Origin: Trichoplax adhaerens
Taxonomy: Eukaryota; Animalia; Placozoa
NCBI RefSeq assembly: GCF_000150275.1
Contig: NW_002060971.1
Location: 289,212 to 353,211 of the forward strand
DNA length: 64,000 nt
Reading direction: 5' to 3'
The position numbers were made by a program, and so were the translations under genes. The notes under the pieces were generated by a model. The model had not been told where the DNA came from, made no database searches, and was given only the letters and a program-made list of their open reading frames with translations. Below are positions 1-14,829 of this stretch, in pieces. Numbering within the stretch: position 1 is the first letter of the stretch; each line of letters begins with the position of its first letter.

Positions 1-177
1 GGAATCTAATCGTGACCATGATACCCCTGTTATAGCAATATAGAATCAAGACATCGTTCACGTACTGCTTTGAAATCATGGCTAGTTCGCTTCCTTTAAC
101 TAGCCATGCCAGCGCATCATCGCACCTAGATCTACTCTATTCCTGTCCACGATACACTCGAGTGAAATTCAATTTAA

Positions 178-770
178 TCTTTCTACTACTGTACTGTGAT
201 GATTTATGAAAGCTTTGATTACTATTGCAAGATATCTAGTTGACTACAGTACTGTATGGATGCTTATTTACTCCAATCTGCAGTACTTCAAGAGAAAATT
301 GAAGTAGTCGATGAAGGGGGGGAGGAAAAAAACTTTCTACCACTGTACTGTGATGATTTGTGAAAGCCTGGATGACGATTGCACGATTGTCAATGAAGAT
401 CTCTAGTTCACTAATAAGGTACAGCATGGATGCTTATTTACTCCAATGCAGTGCAGATTGGACACTTTCAATTTTCTCTTGGAAAATTGAAGTAGTCGAT
501 GAAAAGGGGGAGGAAAAAAACTTTCTACCACTGTACTGTGATGATTTGTGAAAGCCTTGATGACGATTGCACGATTGTCAATGAAGATCTCTAGTTCACT
601 AAGGTACAGCATGGATGCTTATTTACTCCAATGCAGTACAGATTGGACACTTTCAATTTTCCGAAAATTGAAGTAGTCGATGAAAAAGGGGGGGGGGGGA
701 AAACAACTTTCTACTACTGTAATGTGATGATTTGTAAAAGTTTTGATGACGATTGTATGCTTGTCAAGGA
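178..770. repeat. Tandem repeat, unit ~187 nt (first unit ~154 nt), ~3.3 copies
   Basis: TTCTAC(C/T)ACTGTA(C/A)TGTGATGATTT recurs at 181, 335, 523 and 709. Units also share GAAAATTGAAGTAGTCGATGAA followed by a variable G-run/A-run. Confidence 0.92.
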
Positions 771-3700
771 CAACTTTTTTATTGTCTTGTGTTCTTCTTG
801 TTTATTTACTCGTCAGATTCTAATTATTGGAAAAAAAAATGTGTTATCCCTTAATTATAAAAGGACGTCGATTATCTGCCTCCCTACCTATCTTAGTAAC
901 GCCTACTGAACTCGTCGGAAGTAAATCTATTTCAGCAAGCGTAAAATAGGACTAAAAATAGAAGGCAAAATCTTTTCTTTCTACCTCGACAATAGACAGC
1001 ATCCATAGTGTCATGGACTGCATGCCTAATGGACTTAATGATACAGTCCATTATGTGAAGGGGAAAGACAGGAAATGGACATAAAGATACACCTGGACAA
1101 CACTCTCCAATAGCATGCCATGGCAGAATCGATTTTACTGCATGCAATCTTGCCTTTCCTTATCTTGGCTTGCGGTAGAATACTGCCGCTATCCTAGTGC
1201 TATACCGTACCATACAGTCGATGATTGCCTATCGGTCAAGACGAATCATTGCTCGCCTTTCCATCGTCAAGTGGGACGGACGCTAATCAACGCCGATTTA
1301 AAATCATCCAAAGCATTCTAGCCATGATCATTTAAATGGGATTGATCGTAAAACAAGATAGCAAATCACCAATTACGTCATGATGCTCCAGTAAGATTGT
1401 ATTGATCATCGATTTATCCCTATTGCTACTCGATTCTACGCGTTGATTGGAATCGCAAGCCAGCAACATTATCGTTTTGTCGACAATTTTCATTCATTAT
1501 CCTTTGTTGAAAGCTTCCATGGCTTTCGGTTGTCTTCCATCTTGGACAATGTTGAAGACAGTTGTAGTTTATCCTAGGATAAGTTATAATGGATGGATTA
1601 TAATTTTGATTTCATTCCTATTGATATTGCCGACAACGTGGACATTACCAGGTAGGCTAGGAGAATAGCGATACTGGATGCTCGAAAAATGATTCTTTCA
1701 TTCCTCCATCATCGCTAGTTAATATCAATTAACTTTCCATCGGATAGTGCATTCAAAAAATAAAAAATGAACAAATATCCACTCATGTATATGTCGATAT
1801 CCCATTTTGGATTACAGTTGTGCATCAATCAACTTGATCAACATGGCTATCAACTGATGTTGATTCATGTTTATTTGCAGCACTAATCGCTTGAAATTCA
1901 ACATCGATCTAGTTTGATTTTTCACCTTCATTCTTCTTCATCATTTCAATACAACGGTTACTTTAAGCAAAACTGATTTCTATTCTATCTTGGTGTATGG
2001 TCCATCCCTTTCTAGGGTCTATCCAAGATGTCCATATTGCTAACCAGAAATTCACTACCACAACAACAAACCTACCTAGCCAGACATGGTCATCGCCAGA
2101 TTTTGATGCCAACGGTAGAATCTACAATCAATCTACCAATTGCACTCTTCCAGGTAATCGTCTTCATTCATGACATTAGTCAATGCTTGCTAACTCGTCG
2201 ACATGACAGCAAAATACTCGCTTGATTACACTTATTTTGATGCTCAATGAAACACTATTTTCCATTGCCATCCATAGCAATCGATGGCAGTCTTAGCATG
2301 ACCCATTTTAAACTTCTAACTATCCCTGTTTTCAGTGGATCAATTGACTGTATATCCTTGATCATCATGCTGTTGATACAAAATCAATCGTGATGTTGTG
2401 GTTTAAATTTTTGTTTTGGCATGTTATTGTCCCCGATGATTATAATTATCATTGCATCTCCTTTTTCTTTTCTTTCCATTTCATTATTTTCTTCAACCGA
2501 TTACTTTTATCAAACGATTCAACGATGATGAGGCTAAGCATAGACTACGAGAAAAAGACCTCATGTAGAAGGAGATCTTTTCCATCAGTTCATGGCCTTA
2601 CATTGCTGAAGATGATGAATTTTTCCCAGCATCGTTTTGATAGATAACCGATCGACCGTTATCCCATGATGGATGGATAGATTGAGATAATCATTCATAC
2701 TTGCCTTATCGTTCTCATCTTTAAATCGATAACGTTATAAGCTACTTTCAAGGGGATTGTTTTCATCACGGAATACAACATCATTTTTTCTCCCCCTCCC
2801 CCCCTGGATTATTGGATATGGTAAAGTGAAAAGTAGTTTTGCTTCATCATCGATACTCATTACATATTCCTTCTACGCCATTTTGAGAAAGTTCAATTTC
2901 GTGTTGCGATAAGAACAGTAAAAATAGGACGTGATAGAGAAATGTTTTGCTAGCCTTCCAACGTCAAGGTGATCAAAGAGTACGAGATTAATCATTTGCC
3001 AATGGTCGGTTGGACTCACGCTGATTTACGCGTATATTATACCAACGTGATGAAGTAATTTTGCATACTTTTGTTGAAAAATATGCAAAAGTCTTATCGA
3101 ATTTGCAAGCGATTGTTGATATCTTGTTTATCTTCTGTATTCGATAACTTATCTTAGCCTTACAGTACTGTAGTTTGAATGAAGATCCGAATTGGCATTG
3201 AAAAAGAAAAAAAATAACTGTTTTCTAAAATGGAAATGGACTATTTTGAAGGATACGCTCCATGTCTTCCATTTTGAAAGAGCGATCGAGAGACCAAAAG
3301 CGCTGATGGGGGGGGGGGGGGACTAAATTGTACAGTCTTTATTATCACAGCCAAGTGATAGTGTTGCTGGAATTGCAATCTAGGGTTTTATTTTATTCAA
3401 TACTTTGTAAACTACATGGTTTCTACCATGTAGGGGATAAATAGTAATAATAAAATTCCGAAAGACTTGGGCACGATCTGATCTCCAAGACGTGTCTATT
3501 TTCTTGCCTAATAATGAAATAAATTCTGGCGATCACTAGCCCAAATGAACAACACCTGACAACGTCTTGTGGGTATATTTTGAAGTAAAACTAATTAGAA
3601 GAGGATAGTTTTAGTATCGTTCTGCTTAGATATCAAATTGACGACGAGTAGTATTATCCAAACCTAAAAGGATACGTTAACTCTTTTTTTATTGACTTAA

Positions 3701-3942
3701 CCAGCCAACTACTATTGTAATTGCTCTCTTTTTAAAGGCTAGATTAGTCTAATAGATGGCAATACTGCCCTATTTTTCAAGCTGAAATCTACATCTATTG
3801 TTGATCACGTATCAAATTCATCCACTGTACATGAAGAAGAGAACTGAGTAAAATTCTAATATGAAATTGAAACTGTCATAAGATGCAATCAAAGTGCCCT
3901 ATTGCCACTACTATTTTTCAGCAGCAAACACCTATCTATTCT

Positions 3943-4240
3943 ATCCATACGGTGGGATAGAAGAAGCAACACCGCTTGATAAAGTACAGTAAAGTCAGAA
4001 AATTAGGGCAATGAATTGGATATTGGATATATTATTTAGAGAATCGATCCATACGGTGGGATAGAAGAAGCAACACCGCTAGATAAAGTACAGTAAAGTC
4101 AGAAAATTAGGGCAATGAATTGGATATTGGATATATTATTTAGAGAATCGATCAATACGGTGGGATAGAAGAAGCAACACCACTGGATAAAGTACAGTAA
4201 AGTCAGAAAATTGAGGCAATGAATTGGATGTTTAGAGAAT
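3943..4240. repeat. Near-perfect tandem repeat, unit 104 nt, ~2.9 copies
   Basis: ATC(C/A)ATACGGTGGGATAGAAGAAGCAACACC starts at 3943, 4047 and 4151. Confidence 0.95.
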
Positions 4241-6453
4241 GATAATCTTGCTTACTTTCAGCTCTCTCTTCCCGTCCATTCTTTCGTCGATAGTAAATAC
4301 TTTGTCATGATTGGCAATGTTGGTCAATAAAGTTAATTCTTGATCAATTATTATCAATTCTGCAAGCATAAAATGGGTACAATTTTGACGGTCATATTTG
4401 GGTAGTTAAGCGAAGAAAATACATCATGATACTGGATCGAATGGTGTATGGAGCTTTTTTTAACACAAACGCTATGCCGTTCTACGAAGGCATATTGTGA
4501 ACGGAATGAATCTTTGACCTTTTTTCCTATCCTTACGCTGAATGCTATAGCAATAAGTTACAATATTTGCATTAATCAGTAGAGACTTGAGTATGCCGGA
4601 AGCTACGGCTGTTTTGGCGACGGAAAAGGGGGAAAAAAATGGATAATCCATTCCAGCAATAGTTGCAATTACTTTTAAAGTGGTTCTGAATCGGATGAGA
4701 TCAGTTTATCCTCCATAATATCTATATGATTCCTTTCTGACTCTTAAAAATGGATTTCAGCGAAAAAGAAAACAGGATAAACCTCATTTGGAACTGCATG
4801 GTTAAATATTTAGTGGATGTATCACAGGCAGAAATAAATTTCGTGATATCACTAGTTTTTCTTATGCTCTCTCAATATTGACTATCGTTAATCGTAGTTC
4901 ACATGCAACTATGAATTTATCACATTGGATGGTATGGCCAATCGTGTGGATAAAGAATTTCGATATTTCTTCCTTTATGGTTATCGAACAGAATGGGAGT
5001 TGAAAAAGTTGTAATGGACAATCAGTTCATAAATGCTATTTTTGTATAAATCGCAGGTTAAATACGTACAGTATACTGAAAAAGAAACTCTTGTCACAAG
5101 CAGTTTATCAATCTTCTGACATTCGGATTACATAGTTATATCGGCTGTGAATAAATGCTGCTTTAAAGTACAACACGGTTAACGCTGATGATTTGTGTAA
5201 GCGATTGAATCAAATAAATCAGTAGAATTATTTGTTCTTGGTGACACTTATCCAATGCCGGTTAAATTTTTGACTAAAAGTTTAAGCATTATTTACTCCA
5301 GTTAATAATGGCATTAAATCGACATCTACTGCGATCATTTATTAATTATGATTTGATCGTTTTTAGTAGTCCCTGGTATCATGATCAGCAAATGGAGCAG
5401 TGCCAGTATTAAAAATTATCAATATTATAGCAACGTTCGACAGCCTTGATTTCAGATTTTTTAAATGAATAATATATTGTATCTTGTAAAGTCGAAATAA
5501 TCCATAGAAAGTTATCCAGTCTTTCCTTCGTCTATGGCTAGTTTGTTTTAATCGTTTACTAGTAGTCACTGTGATGATCTATTTATGATTTCCGCTCATT
5601 CATTGGGGTAGAGAGACAAAGATCACTTATAACATTACTGTCTTTTAGACTTCATGAAGTTGAACAGTACATTTAAAGCCATCCATGGAGATCTTTAGCG
5701 AAAGTCAGAAGCATCACGGAGATGCTTAAATCAGCTATTTACAGTACTACGGTAGCCGATGCCACCATAGTTCGTCTACCATTGATTTTAAGCCAAATCA
5801 TCATCGTTGTATAACTGTTCATGCATTCTAAAAATAACCATGATAATTAATTGATGACGAAATTTTTTCACCGATCATCAATAATTTAATTAATATGTAA
5901 AATGGATAAGATACATGCAATTCTGATGGATAATAAGGATGGCATTTGTCTATCTTCTTAAAACGTTTACACTGACTGAGAAGGACTCGTATGATGGATA
6001 TGAATGGGGATCGTTAATTTTAAATGAAGAGTTATTGTTGTTCTATACGAGGACTACTAAAATATTTAGCCCTTACGTAGTTACCGTTATAATTGAGATA
6101 TCATGTTACAATAACTACCCCATTGAAATCTTTACATCATTTAGAAATTAATGTCCATAAAGTCCGATTCATTTGCATGATTATTACTTTCTTGGATCGG
6201 TCTTCTTGCTACTGCAAATATTCGACATTTATAGAATAGGATTGCTTCTAAAGAACCCTTTTATCAAAAACTATTATAATGATACGAATAATATTCTATC
6301 ATGATGGAGAGAGATTGCTAACTTATGTATACATATGCATATTTCAAGTGTAATGTATTTCGATTGTCTGCTGTACAGTTTTGAAATAAATGCTACTGGT
6401 TAAGCAGTTATCAACATTGACTAAATTGGAAATTCCATTTTCTTACATTCTAG

Positions 6454-9400
6454 GTATTGATGAATTTCCAAAGGATATTTTTACACAGCAGCAGCGACGA
6501 CAAGGCGCAGTTGTTATACATTTTATTGTGGTAAGAATGGCTAGCTGTTGTAAATTAACGAAGTTGTATTATTATAAGCAAATTAATCCGATACTGCTGC
6601 TGTAGTGCAGTAAATGTCACCGTAAATAAGTTAAAAAAATCATCAGCATGATATTGTCCAAGACGATGCTGATTACTTAATGGATATGCATTTTTGGGGT
6701 TGTAACTTTTAATTTTAAAATGTATTGAAATACTAAAATATGTAGGTAAAGACCATTAATGGGTCTCATTAAGAAGTCTGTAGAATTAACTCGTTTGATA
6801 CGAGTAACAAGTATGATCAATTAAATGGAGTATTTTGCATTGGATAATACAGTCTCCTATTTAAATTTACTACAGACTATACTTTGCAAGCACTCTTTAG
6901 ATAAATGAGTTGAAGCATACCTACTGTAGTATTAGAATTACTGAACGGCAAATAACTTAAAGAGTAAAAAGCGCTTGTAACAATTACATACTGAAAGGAA
7001 TAGAAACCATTCCTCAGCTGAGTAGATTTCGAGATAACCTCTATGGTTGGTCACTACTAGAATGCTGTAACTTAATGGATATTGTAGCCGTTTTCTTGTT
7101 GCGTTACCTAATTGTAAATCAGATAGACGACATAGGTCACTAGCTTTAGAATTAAGAAATTTCAAAATTGTCTGTCTCGGTATTTTACTAAGCTATCGGA
7201 TTTAACCTTAAAATTATGACCTAACTAAATTAGAGTTAACATGTGGTAGAATATTATGCATGTACTCTCTTAACTTTTTCTCAAGACGGGGAGGGAATAA
7301 TAATTTGTGTATAGGTCACGTATATACATGAAATGAAGGCGTGTATAATAATCGCGAGGATTATGGATATTTTCAGTATCTTGTATACTAATTTTTGCTC
7401 AAGTTACCATACAATTAATCTTTTCCAATATGACTCTATAAATTGCACGTAGGCCTTCTATATGTTTGCTGCTCTGGCTGTTGTCTGTGATGAGTACTTT
7501 GTTGCATCGTTGGAAGTTATATGTGAGGTAAGAAGAGAGATTATTCTTAAAAGATACAGCAATGAATAAGGCAGTAATTCAATATTTTCTAAGAAGGCTT
7601 TGATTATGTATTACCTAATAATATTTAGCTGATATTTGCTATTTTATTTTATTGATCAATATGTAGAGATTTAATTTCTCTGATGATGTAGCTGGTGCTA
7701 CCTTTATGGCTGCTGGTAGTTCCGCTCCTGAATTATTTACTTCTATTATTGGTAGGCTATTAATAGTAAACTTTGACTATAGTGATACCAATATTGGAGA
7801 TTGGTACAATTTTAATTCGTAGCTATAGAGCCTGTTAGAAATTATAATAAATTTAAAAAAAAACTTTTTTTACAACTTGCAAGTCCCACTTTCATATTGA
7901 AACCTGTTACAGAGTAAATGTATTAATAATATCTACATAGTAAACCTGTTGTTAACAAAGTTTCATCAATTACATAAATAGTTATTTAAGTGCAGTTATT
8001 TAGACGAATAATAATTTATTATTCATTGTATCAAATCGCTCTTCGTAGGTGTTTTTATCACGAAAGGAGATGTCGGCGTCGGAACGATAGTTGGGTCGGC
8101 TGTGTTTAATATTCTCTTCATTATTGGTATATGTGGGATATTTGCGAAAGAGGTAAAATTAATTCTTAGATTAGATATGTTTTATTATGCTCCTAAGATT
8201 GCTTATATGACGTAACCTATAGACAATTCATCTGACGGTCTGGCCACTATTTCGAGATTCTTTCTTTTACATACTATCAATCATTGGACTATTCCTGGTC
8301 AGTAATTAATTGCCGTAAATACGTGCTGATAATAGTTCAAACGTGGAATATTTGCTGAATAGATTTTAATCAAAATTTTTCGTATTTTATCATGACTAGG
8401 TCATGTATGATGGTTATGTCACATGGTAAGATTTTTAACTGGTCTAAATTAACAAAGAAAGGGAATGTAACGAGCTACTATATTTCTAATTTTGATTTTG
8501 ACTATCTAGGTATACTTCTCTGTGTCTTCTGATACTATATATTGGCTATATTGTATTGATGAAGTAAGGAACAACATATATCTTAACGTTTGATTGACTG
8601 TAATCTTCTATAGTAGAGATGGTGTACTATTACGATTAAGTAGTTTTAATACTATTGATTGTTTGTAAATCACAGCTTGATTTCTGTTTTTTAGGAATAA
8701 TGAAGTCATACATTCTTTCGTATCAACTTGTCGATGCAACAATTATTATGAACGGAATCGAGAAGAAAGATCCAGACTATTGGCTAACAGTAGAGGTCTA
8801 ATATTATTACTATATGAAGCTGTAGTGTTAACGTATAAATTGTGGCTGTAATGTTGGTTATAGTAGCCAAACTTACTAAAGGAGATAGCTTAGAGTATTT
8901 AATATGTATTTCGTTTAACTAATGAGGGTGATATAATTTAACTTTATAAAGATATTATTCTTTTATGATTAGGTTATGATGAAGAAGAACAACTAATATA
9001 TGAATCTACACCCTATGTAAGAGAGAAACCTTTGAAAAGCTTAAAAATGTAAGATGGTGAAACTTATCATCTTTGTGTTACTATTAACAGAAGTTCTATT
9101 CGATTGATTGTGCTCGCGCTATGTCGCTAATAAATGAAATTTTGTTTCACTGTCTCAAATTTGTAGCCGTAGTATTTGGGATGCTGCTGTACGCCTGATG
9201 ATAACCCGCCGATTTTCACCAGCTACACGATTCCGATTCGCATGTCGAAATATTATAACCCATAAGGTGATAATATCAAATCAATTGCAGTTGAGAACAA
9301 TGACAATCAGCCATGATACACTAATTCTCCTCAACATGAATTAATCCACCTCGTTTTTGATATTAATTTATAGGAGATTCAACGTTCTTATAGTAATCCA

Positions 9401-10952
9401 GATCATGTTACCTGGAGTATGAAAACCATGAGTATATTTGATAGTGAAGAATCTTTAATGCTGCGAAATGGGTAAGTGAATTATTTTCGCCTTAATACAG
9501 CTTCTTCTTTCACCTTTTATAATTTTTAAAATTTGCACCGTTATTTCTGATAGTTCAAGTTCATCTCGAAAGAGCGAAGAAAAGTTTATCACTGCAGAAG
9601 TTATTACCTTAGAACATTCGAGTCATTATAACGCAGGTATTATTTCCATTTATCAAAAATCACAAATTTTATTATGATATTTTTTTTACAAGTTATACAG
9701 CGGATGTATTCTCTGTGAATGTAATAGCGGTACATGATGGTAGACTAGTAATTGTATAAGATGAATGAGAATTAAAGTTTCAGTAACTGCAGTACATTAT
9801 ATGGCTTTTGAACTTTTTTGCGGAGCTGTGAGTTTTCTGAAATTAATACAAGTATTTACTCTTTCTCATTTAGTTAAAAGCTTCTTTGCAGTTTTAAAGA
9901 TGGTGGGTGTATATCCAATATGTCTTTTACTTGCGTTGACTGTGCCTGACTGTAGGAATGAAAGGTAAGTGATAAACTGTTGCAATACCCCAGTAAGCGG
10001 CCATGATTATTCTAGTCCTATATATATTTTGCACAGTTGTAGCGGTCGTTTTTTCATTTATTTATAACAACTATGAGCACTTTATTAATTAAATAGCCTT
10101 CCTAATATCTAGCAAAAGTAATAAAAATGAGTAAGGTAATTGTAGTAATTTTTCAATCCACTTTAGGTGGACAAGATGGTATATGGTCACCTTTATTATG
10201 TCGGTCGTATGGATTGCTGGTTTTTCATACATACTTGTTTGGATGGTATGATTACTTTGACATAATTACCGATATGTACAAATAAAGTATGACGGTATGA
10301 TCTAAATACGTTTCTTGAATTTATCGTTATTACGTAGGTAACTGTAATCGGTTTCACTTTTGGTATACCTGATACTGTAATGGGTTTGACATTGCTAGCC
10401 GCAGGTACTAGCGTTCCCGATGCAATTGCCAGTTTAATTGTCGCACGTCAAGGTAAGTAGGAATTTATGCAAATGCTTTATACGAGAATTAAAAAAAATC
10501 ATTGTTAGTTATTTTGATTTCGTTTTATGGCATTTTAAAACTTTTAGGATCAGGAGATATGGCTGTCTCTAATTCTGTTGGCAGTAATATATTTGATATT
10601 CTATTAGGCCTTGGTTTACCTTGGTTCCTCAGAACGACTATTTATTCAACTACAGTCAAGATTAATAGTCGTGGATTGACGTTATCGGTTATGCTGCTAT
10701 GTGCTAATGTGGTTTTAATGGTAAATTATAGTTTATCCATAAATGGATAATGCGTTTTTTTCGGTGGTCTAATATTAATTTTGTCTATTTTCTTTAAATT
10801 ACTAGTTTATTTGCATTCATTGCAACAAGTGGAAATTAAATAAGAAACTAGGGGTGATCTTTCTATTCCTTTATTGCGTCTTTATTGTCATATCTATGCT
10901 GATTGAATTTAATGTCTTTATGTACGTTAACCCGCCAACATGTCCCGTATAA
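6454..10952 (+). CDS. SLC24A: K+-dependent Na+/Ca2+ exchanger (NCKX, SLC24A3/4-like), multi-exon; first (ATG) exon not located, start given is the first recognisable exon
   Basis: Spliced exons give [25 protein letters not shown]|[25 protein letters not shown], alpha-1 repeat [38 protein letters not shown], loop [21 protein letters not shown], and alpha-2 repeat [53 protein letters not shown]. The Asp of SNIFD is the residue linked to K+ dependence. Ends [13 protein letters not shown] at 10950-10952. Confidence 0.93.
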
Positions 10953-13900
10953 CCAGGGGCATAAATCAGAATTACGTTTTGGTATATAAATTAGTATCGC
11001 AATTTACCTTATGAAAGGAAAATTTCTATCATTTTATAATTTTTGGTTTACAACGAATATAAAGTTACAATATTTTATAAAAATTTTATTACAGGAGGAG
11101 GCTCCATAATGGGACTATATTGCATATATTGATGTACAGGTTTTCTTAAAAAGGTTTTCTGATTACAAGTCATAATTGCTGCTATAGTAATGCTGTTTGT
11201 TCACATTTGTTCATACTGTAATGGGATATTGAAGTAGAAAGATGAAAATTCGATACACGTTACTTATGGTTATGTTCCAAATTTAAATTATTATGCTAGT
11301 AATTTTGTAGTATTGCTGTAATGATCGTTTTGATAAACTTCGAAACGGAAAATCGTATTAGTTCTTTGATTCAGAGATTATATGATGAACTCTACTGAAT
11401 TGACTACAATTCCCATATTCAAAAACGCTGCATTAATCGTCTGCCATTAAAATAGGCTGTCCTTATTTTTCATGGTCTATGTATGGTTTCTATTTCTAAA
11501 TAATGAATTTATATCAAAATAAATTGTTGAAATAAAGACATTGGAATTACCGAGAAATATCGCGTTGATATTCTCGCTTACTGATTCGTCTCAGAAAGGG
11601 TAACAGTATCATAAAGTCTCTTATTAGATAAACTTGTGGCTTAGGCTTAATGTGTCTGTTAGCATGCTTATTAATGATCTTCTATTGATCTGTGATAGCT
11701 CGATATTGTTGCTCGAGAGAATTAATACGTCTAGATTTACTGACGATATTTAGTCATGGATATTTTATCGAGATCAATTGAACGTATTGTTGATTGAAAA
11801 ATGTGATACCGTTCATTTTTTATTTGATTATCATTCTTTCCAGAGTTATTAAGATTTCAATGGTAAACGTTGATTACGTTATGTCGACGCTAACCGACGG
11901 CAACTTCATATTTACCAAGGATTTAAATTTATGATATTTTGCGATTGGAAATAAAAATTATTATAGTTTCTTGTTAATGTACAATAGATATCTATCAATG
12001 CAGGATATTTACGGTAATCATGTATATTCCAGAAAAGTAATTTTCTCTTGAGATTCAAGTTGTCGGCACTAGTGTTTTCATCGATCAAAGACTATGAATT
12101 TAGTGTGTGAATACAATAAATAATTATTAGGTATGATTAATGCTGTACTAAAATGGATTGGATGTAGGCACAGAATTGATAGGCTTTTAGCTGGCAATAC
12201 AGCACCGGGAAGTCTATGGAATGACATTGTTGTTCTATCGGTATACCTACAATAATTTGATAGTAATGATTTGATAAAAAAACTAGCAACTCCGGCAATC
12301 CAGCTTCTTGCTATCTTGTTAACTATAGTCTATATACGGCATTTATTAAAGAATCAAAGTTCGAACCTACTTCCTATGTTTAGTACTGTATTTTTTTTTG
12401 TTGTTATTGCAAAGTATTACTATCCTATTGAAAAAGATTAACTTACAAAACTTATTTTAAAAGAAAGCCGAATGGAAAAGTAATTGCGCTGTCAATTTGA
12501 ACGGATTGCCATTGGGATGGACGGATTTGTATTGACATACCCGTATCTTAGAAACTGGACAATTCTAGATAATATCCAAGTTGTGCAAATTTCATTTTAC
12601 ATGGTCAACATGGATTACATATAAGACATATCATTAATTTATATGAACATTATCTACTTTTAACTGCACGATTTTTTATTCATTTTCAACATGCGCTCGC
12701 ACGTATGTAGACTGTTTAATATTATACTTATAGCTATTAGCAGTGGTAATATGAACAATTCGACCTTAAATATCGTAGGAAAAGTATTTACCTATCTATG
12801 ACTGAGCGTTTAAGAACTGTTAAACAATGGTCTCTTTAAAAGAAAGAAAAAGAATTAATATCCCAAGACGTTAACGATGATTATTGTCGTAATGTGTCTC
12901 AAAAGCAATAAAACAAGGCTTTGATTTCTTGTCTAACTTCAGTTTGTTACATACTTCGTTTGACTTGATTACATCATTCATTTCTTATGTCAACGAGTAT
13001 TTCCATCTGCCTCTCTTTCTCTCTAGACGCATGAATAATCTTACAATCGATCTTATAACATGATCTATTTAGTTTTCTACCAATGTAGAACATTGGTTGT
13101 TTATATTATAGCTGGTTATACAGCTTTGTTAATAATATAGGTATAAAAGGCGGTCATAAAGTTACAGTCTTTATGCTTATTATTGCTAGTTGATAGTTGT
13201 TTCGATTAATTATATATCGTTAGGAATGGGAATATTCCTTAAGGTTACGCTTGAATGGTGATTTATAAAGATGACATCATCCATTCGATAGGCTAGGCAT
13301 GACGATACACCAAATTATTATATTATACTGTAGCACAGCTAGGCGTCATGGCGTGTTGTCTATTTACTCTTAACCAAGGCCAAAGGGTATTCCATTAGTG
13401 AAATGATGACGTTATTTTTCTCTTTATTATGTTTATTTTGATAGTTTAGATTAAGCTATTCCATTAATGATGTTGACGACTTTTTTCTTTATTTTACTAG
13501 TGTAGATTTATTCTTGAATTAAATCATTCAATTAATATATTCATTATGAACTACGGTACTAGAGTAAAGTTAGAATGGGATATTTATCATAACAGTTGGT
13601 GGTCATTTAGTGTATGTATCTATTTCAATTTATTGTTTGATAACAATGTCATGGGCTTTCCTTCATGGATTATTACTTGACAAAGTCATTGACTACAATA
13701 TCTATGTAGAGTAGGAAAGTTTGCCGTGATTGAGCTTTTACAGTATATAGGCGTACTGAATAGACTAGCTGTTTACGCGAACGACTAGAAAGACAGGCAT
13801 GTCCTAAATTCCAAAACTATGTATAACTACAATTGAAGTTATTTCACAGGCTAGCTCATTATTTATAAATGGGTTCCTGTCTAAATGAACGGCTACAAAT

Positions 13901-14829
13901 ACCAAAGCAATTCTATGTTAAAAACTATGACTGCAAGACGAAGCCATTTCAGATACTATTACAGCACATGGTTACGCATTAATATCGATTTTCTAGCTAC
14001 TCTGCTGTGTAATTGTAAGACACTTGAGTATTACGAATGTTACGGATAACCACTTTTTTATCGTGATGATATCTGTGTAGATTATAGACTAATAAAGATC
14101 TTGTTGTATCGTGGTAAGTATACGTGTCCATGTTACGGCCATTGCTAAGACTGATTTTGTCTTTAAGATTGGTCACGGCCAATGCCAAGACTGCAATCAT
14201 TGTTAAGGATGGCCGGCCAATCTTAGGAATGACCGATCATTCTTCGATGACTGATTCCCTCTACCTCTGTCAATATTGTTATACTGCACTATGCACGGTC
14301 TCCTGCGCTAATATAGTAGAATGGCACATTATATTATCCTCCATCTTTGGATTCATGAGTTGTCTCGATCTTCGATTAAAACTGCAGTTACATGTACAAG
14401 TGATTTCAATACAATTCTAATAATAATCCAGCGAATGGATAGCAGCGGACATTTCTCACAGCGTGCAATGTCCTGTGTACCAGAAAAAAATGAATTATTA
14501 TTCACGTACATTACTGTACTTGAGTACTATGACGATGAGTCATTCCGACATGCACAAGATCAATTTTTGCTAAGCATTTTCATATCATTGCCACTCTCAT
14601 CTTCTCCCTCTATGGCTGCACTCATCGACGGAAAAATCGTCGTATTTATATATCGTTTAACTAGCCATGTTCATAAATTCATAACGGCATCATAAACCAG
14701 TAGAGTAGTTTCAGTAAAGTGTACAAAAAACATTTATTCAGATGGTTCAAGATACCTAATGGCCGGCATGTGTTTTGCTTACTGCTGAAAAATATTGACA
14801 TAGAGGGTAGAGGTAAACCGCGAATAACT

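Noticed and set aside
236-909. ORFs of 63-92 aa on both strands
   Set aside because: They are by-products of the 187-nt tandem repeat and show no recognisable protein features.
3308-3321. Poly-G run (14 nt) as a G-quadruplex element
   Set aside because: Isolated homopolymer with no supporting context.
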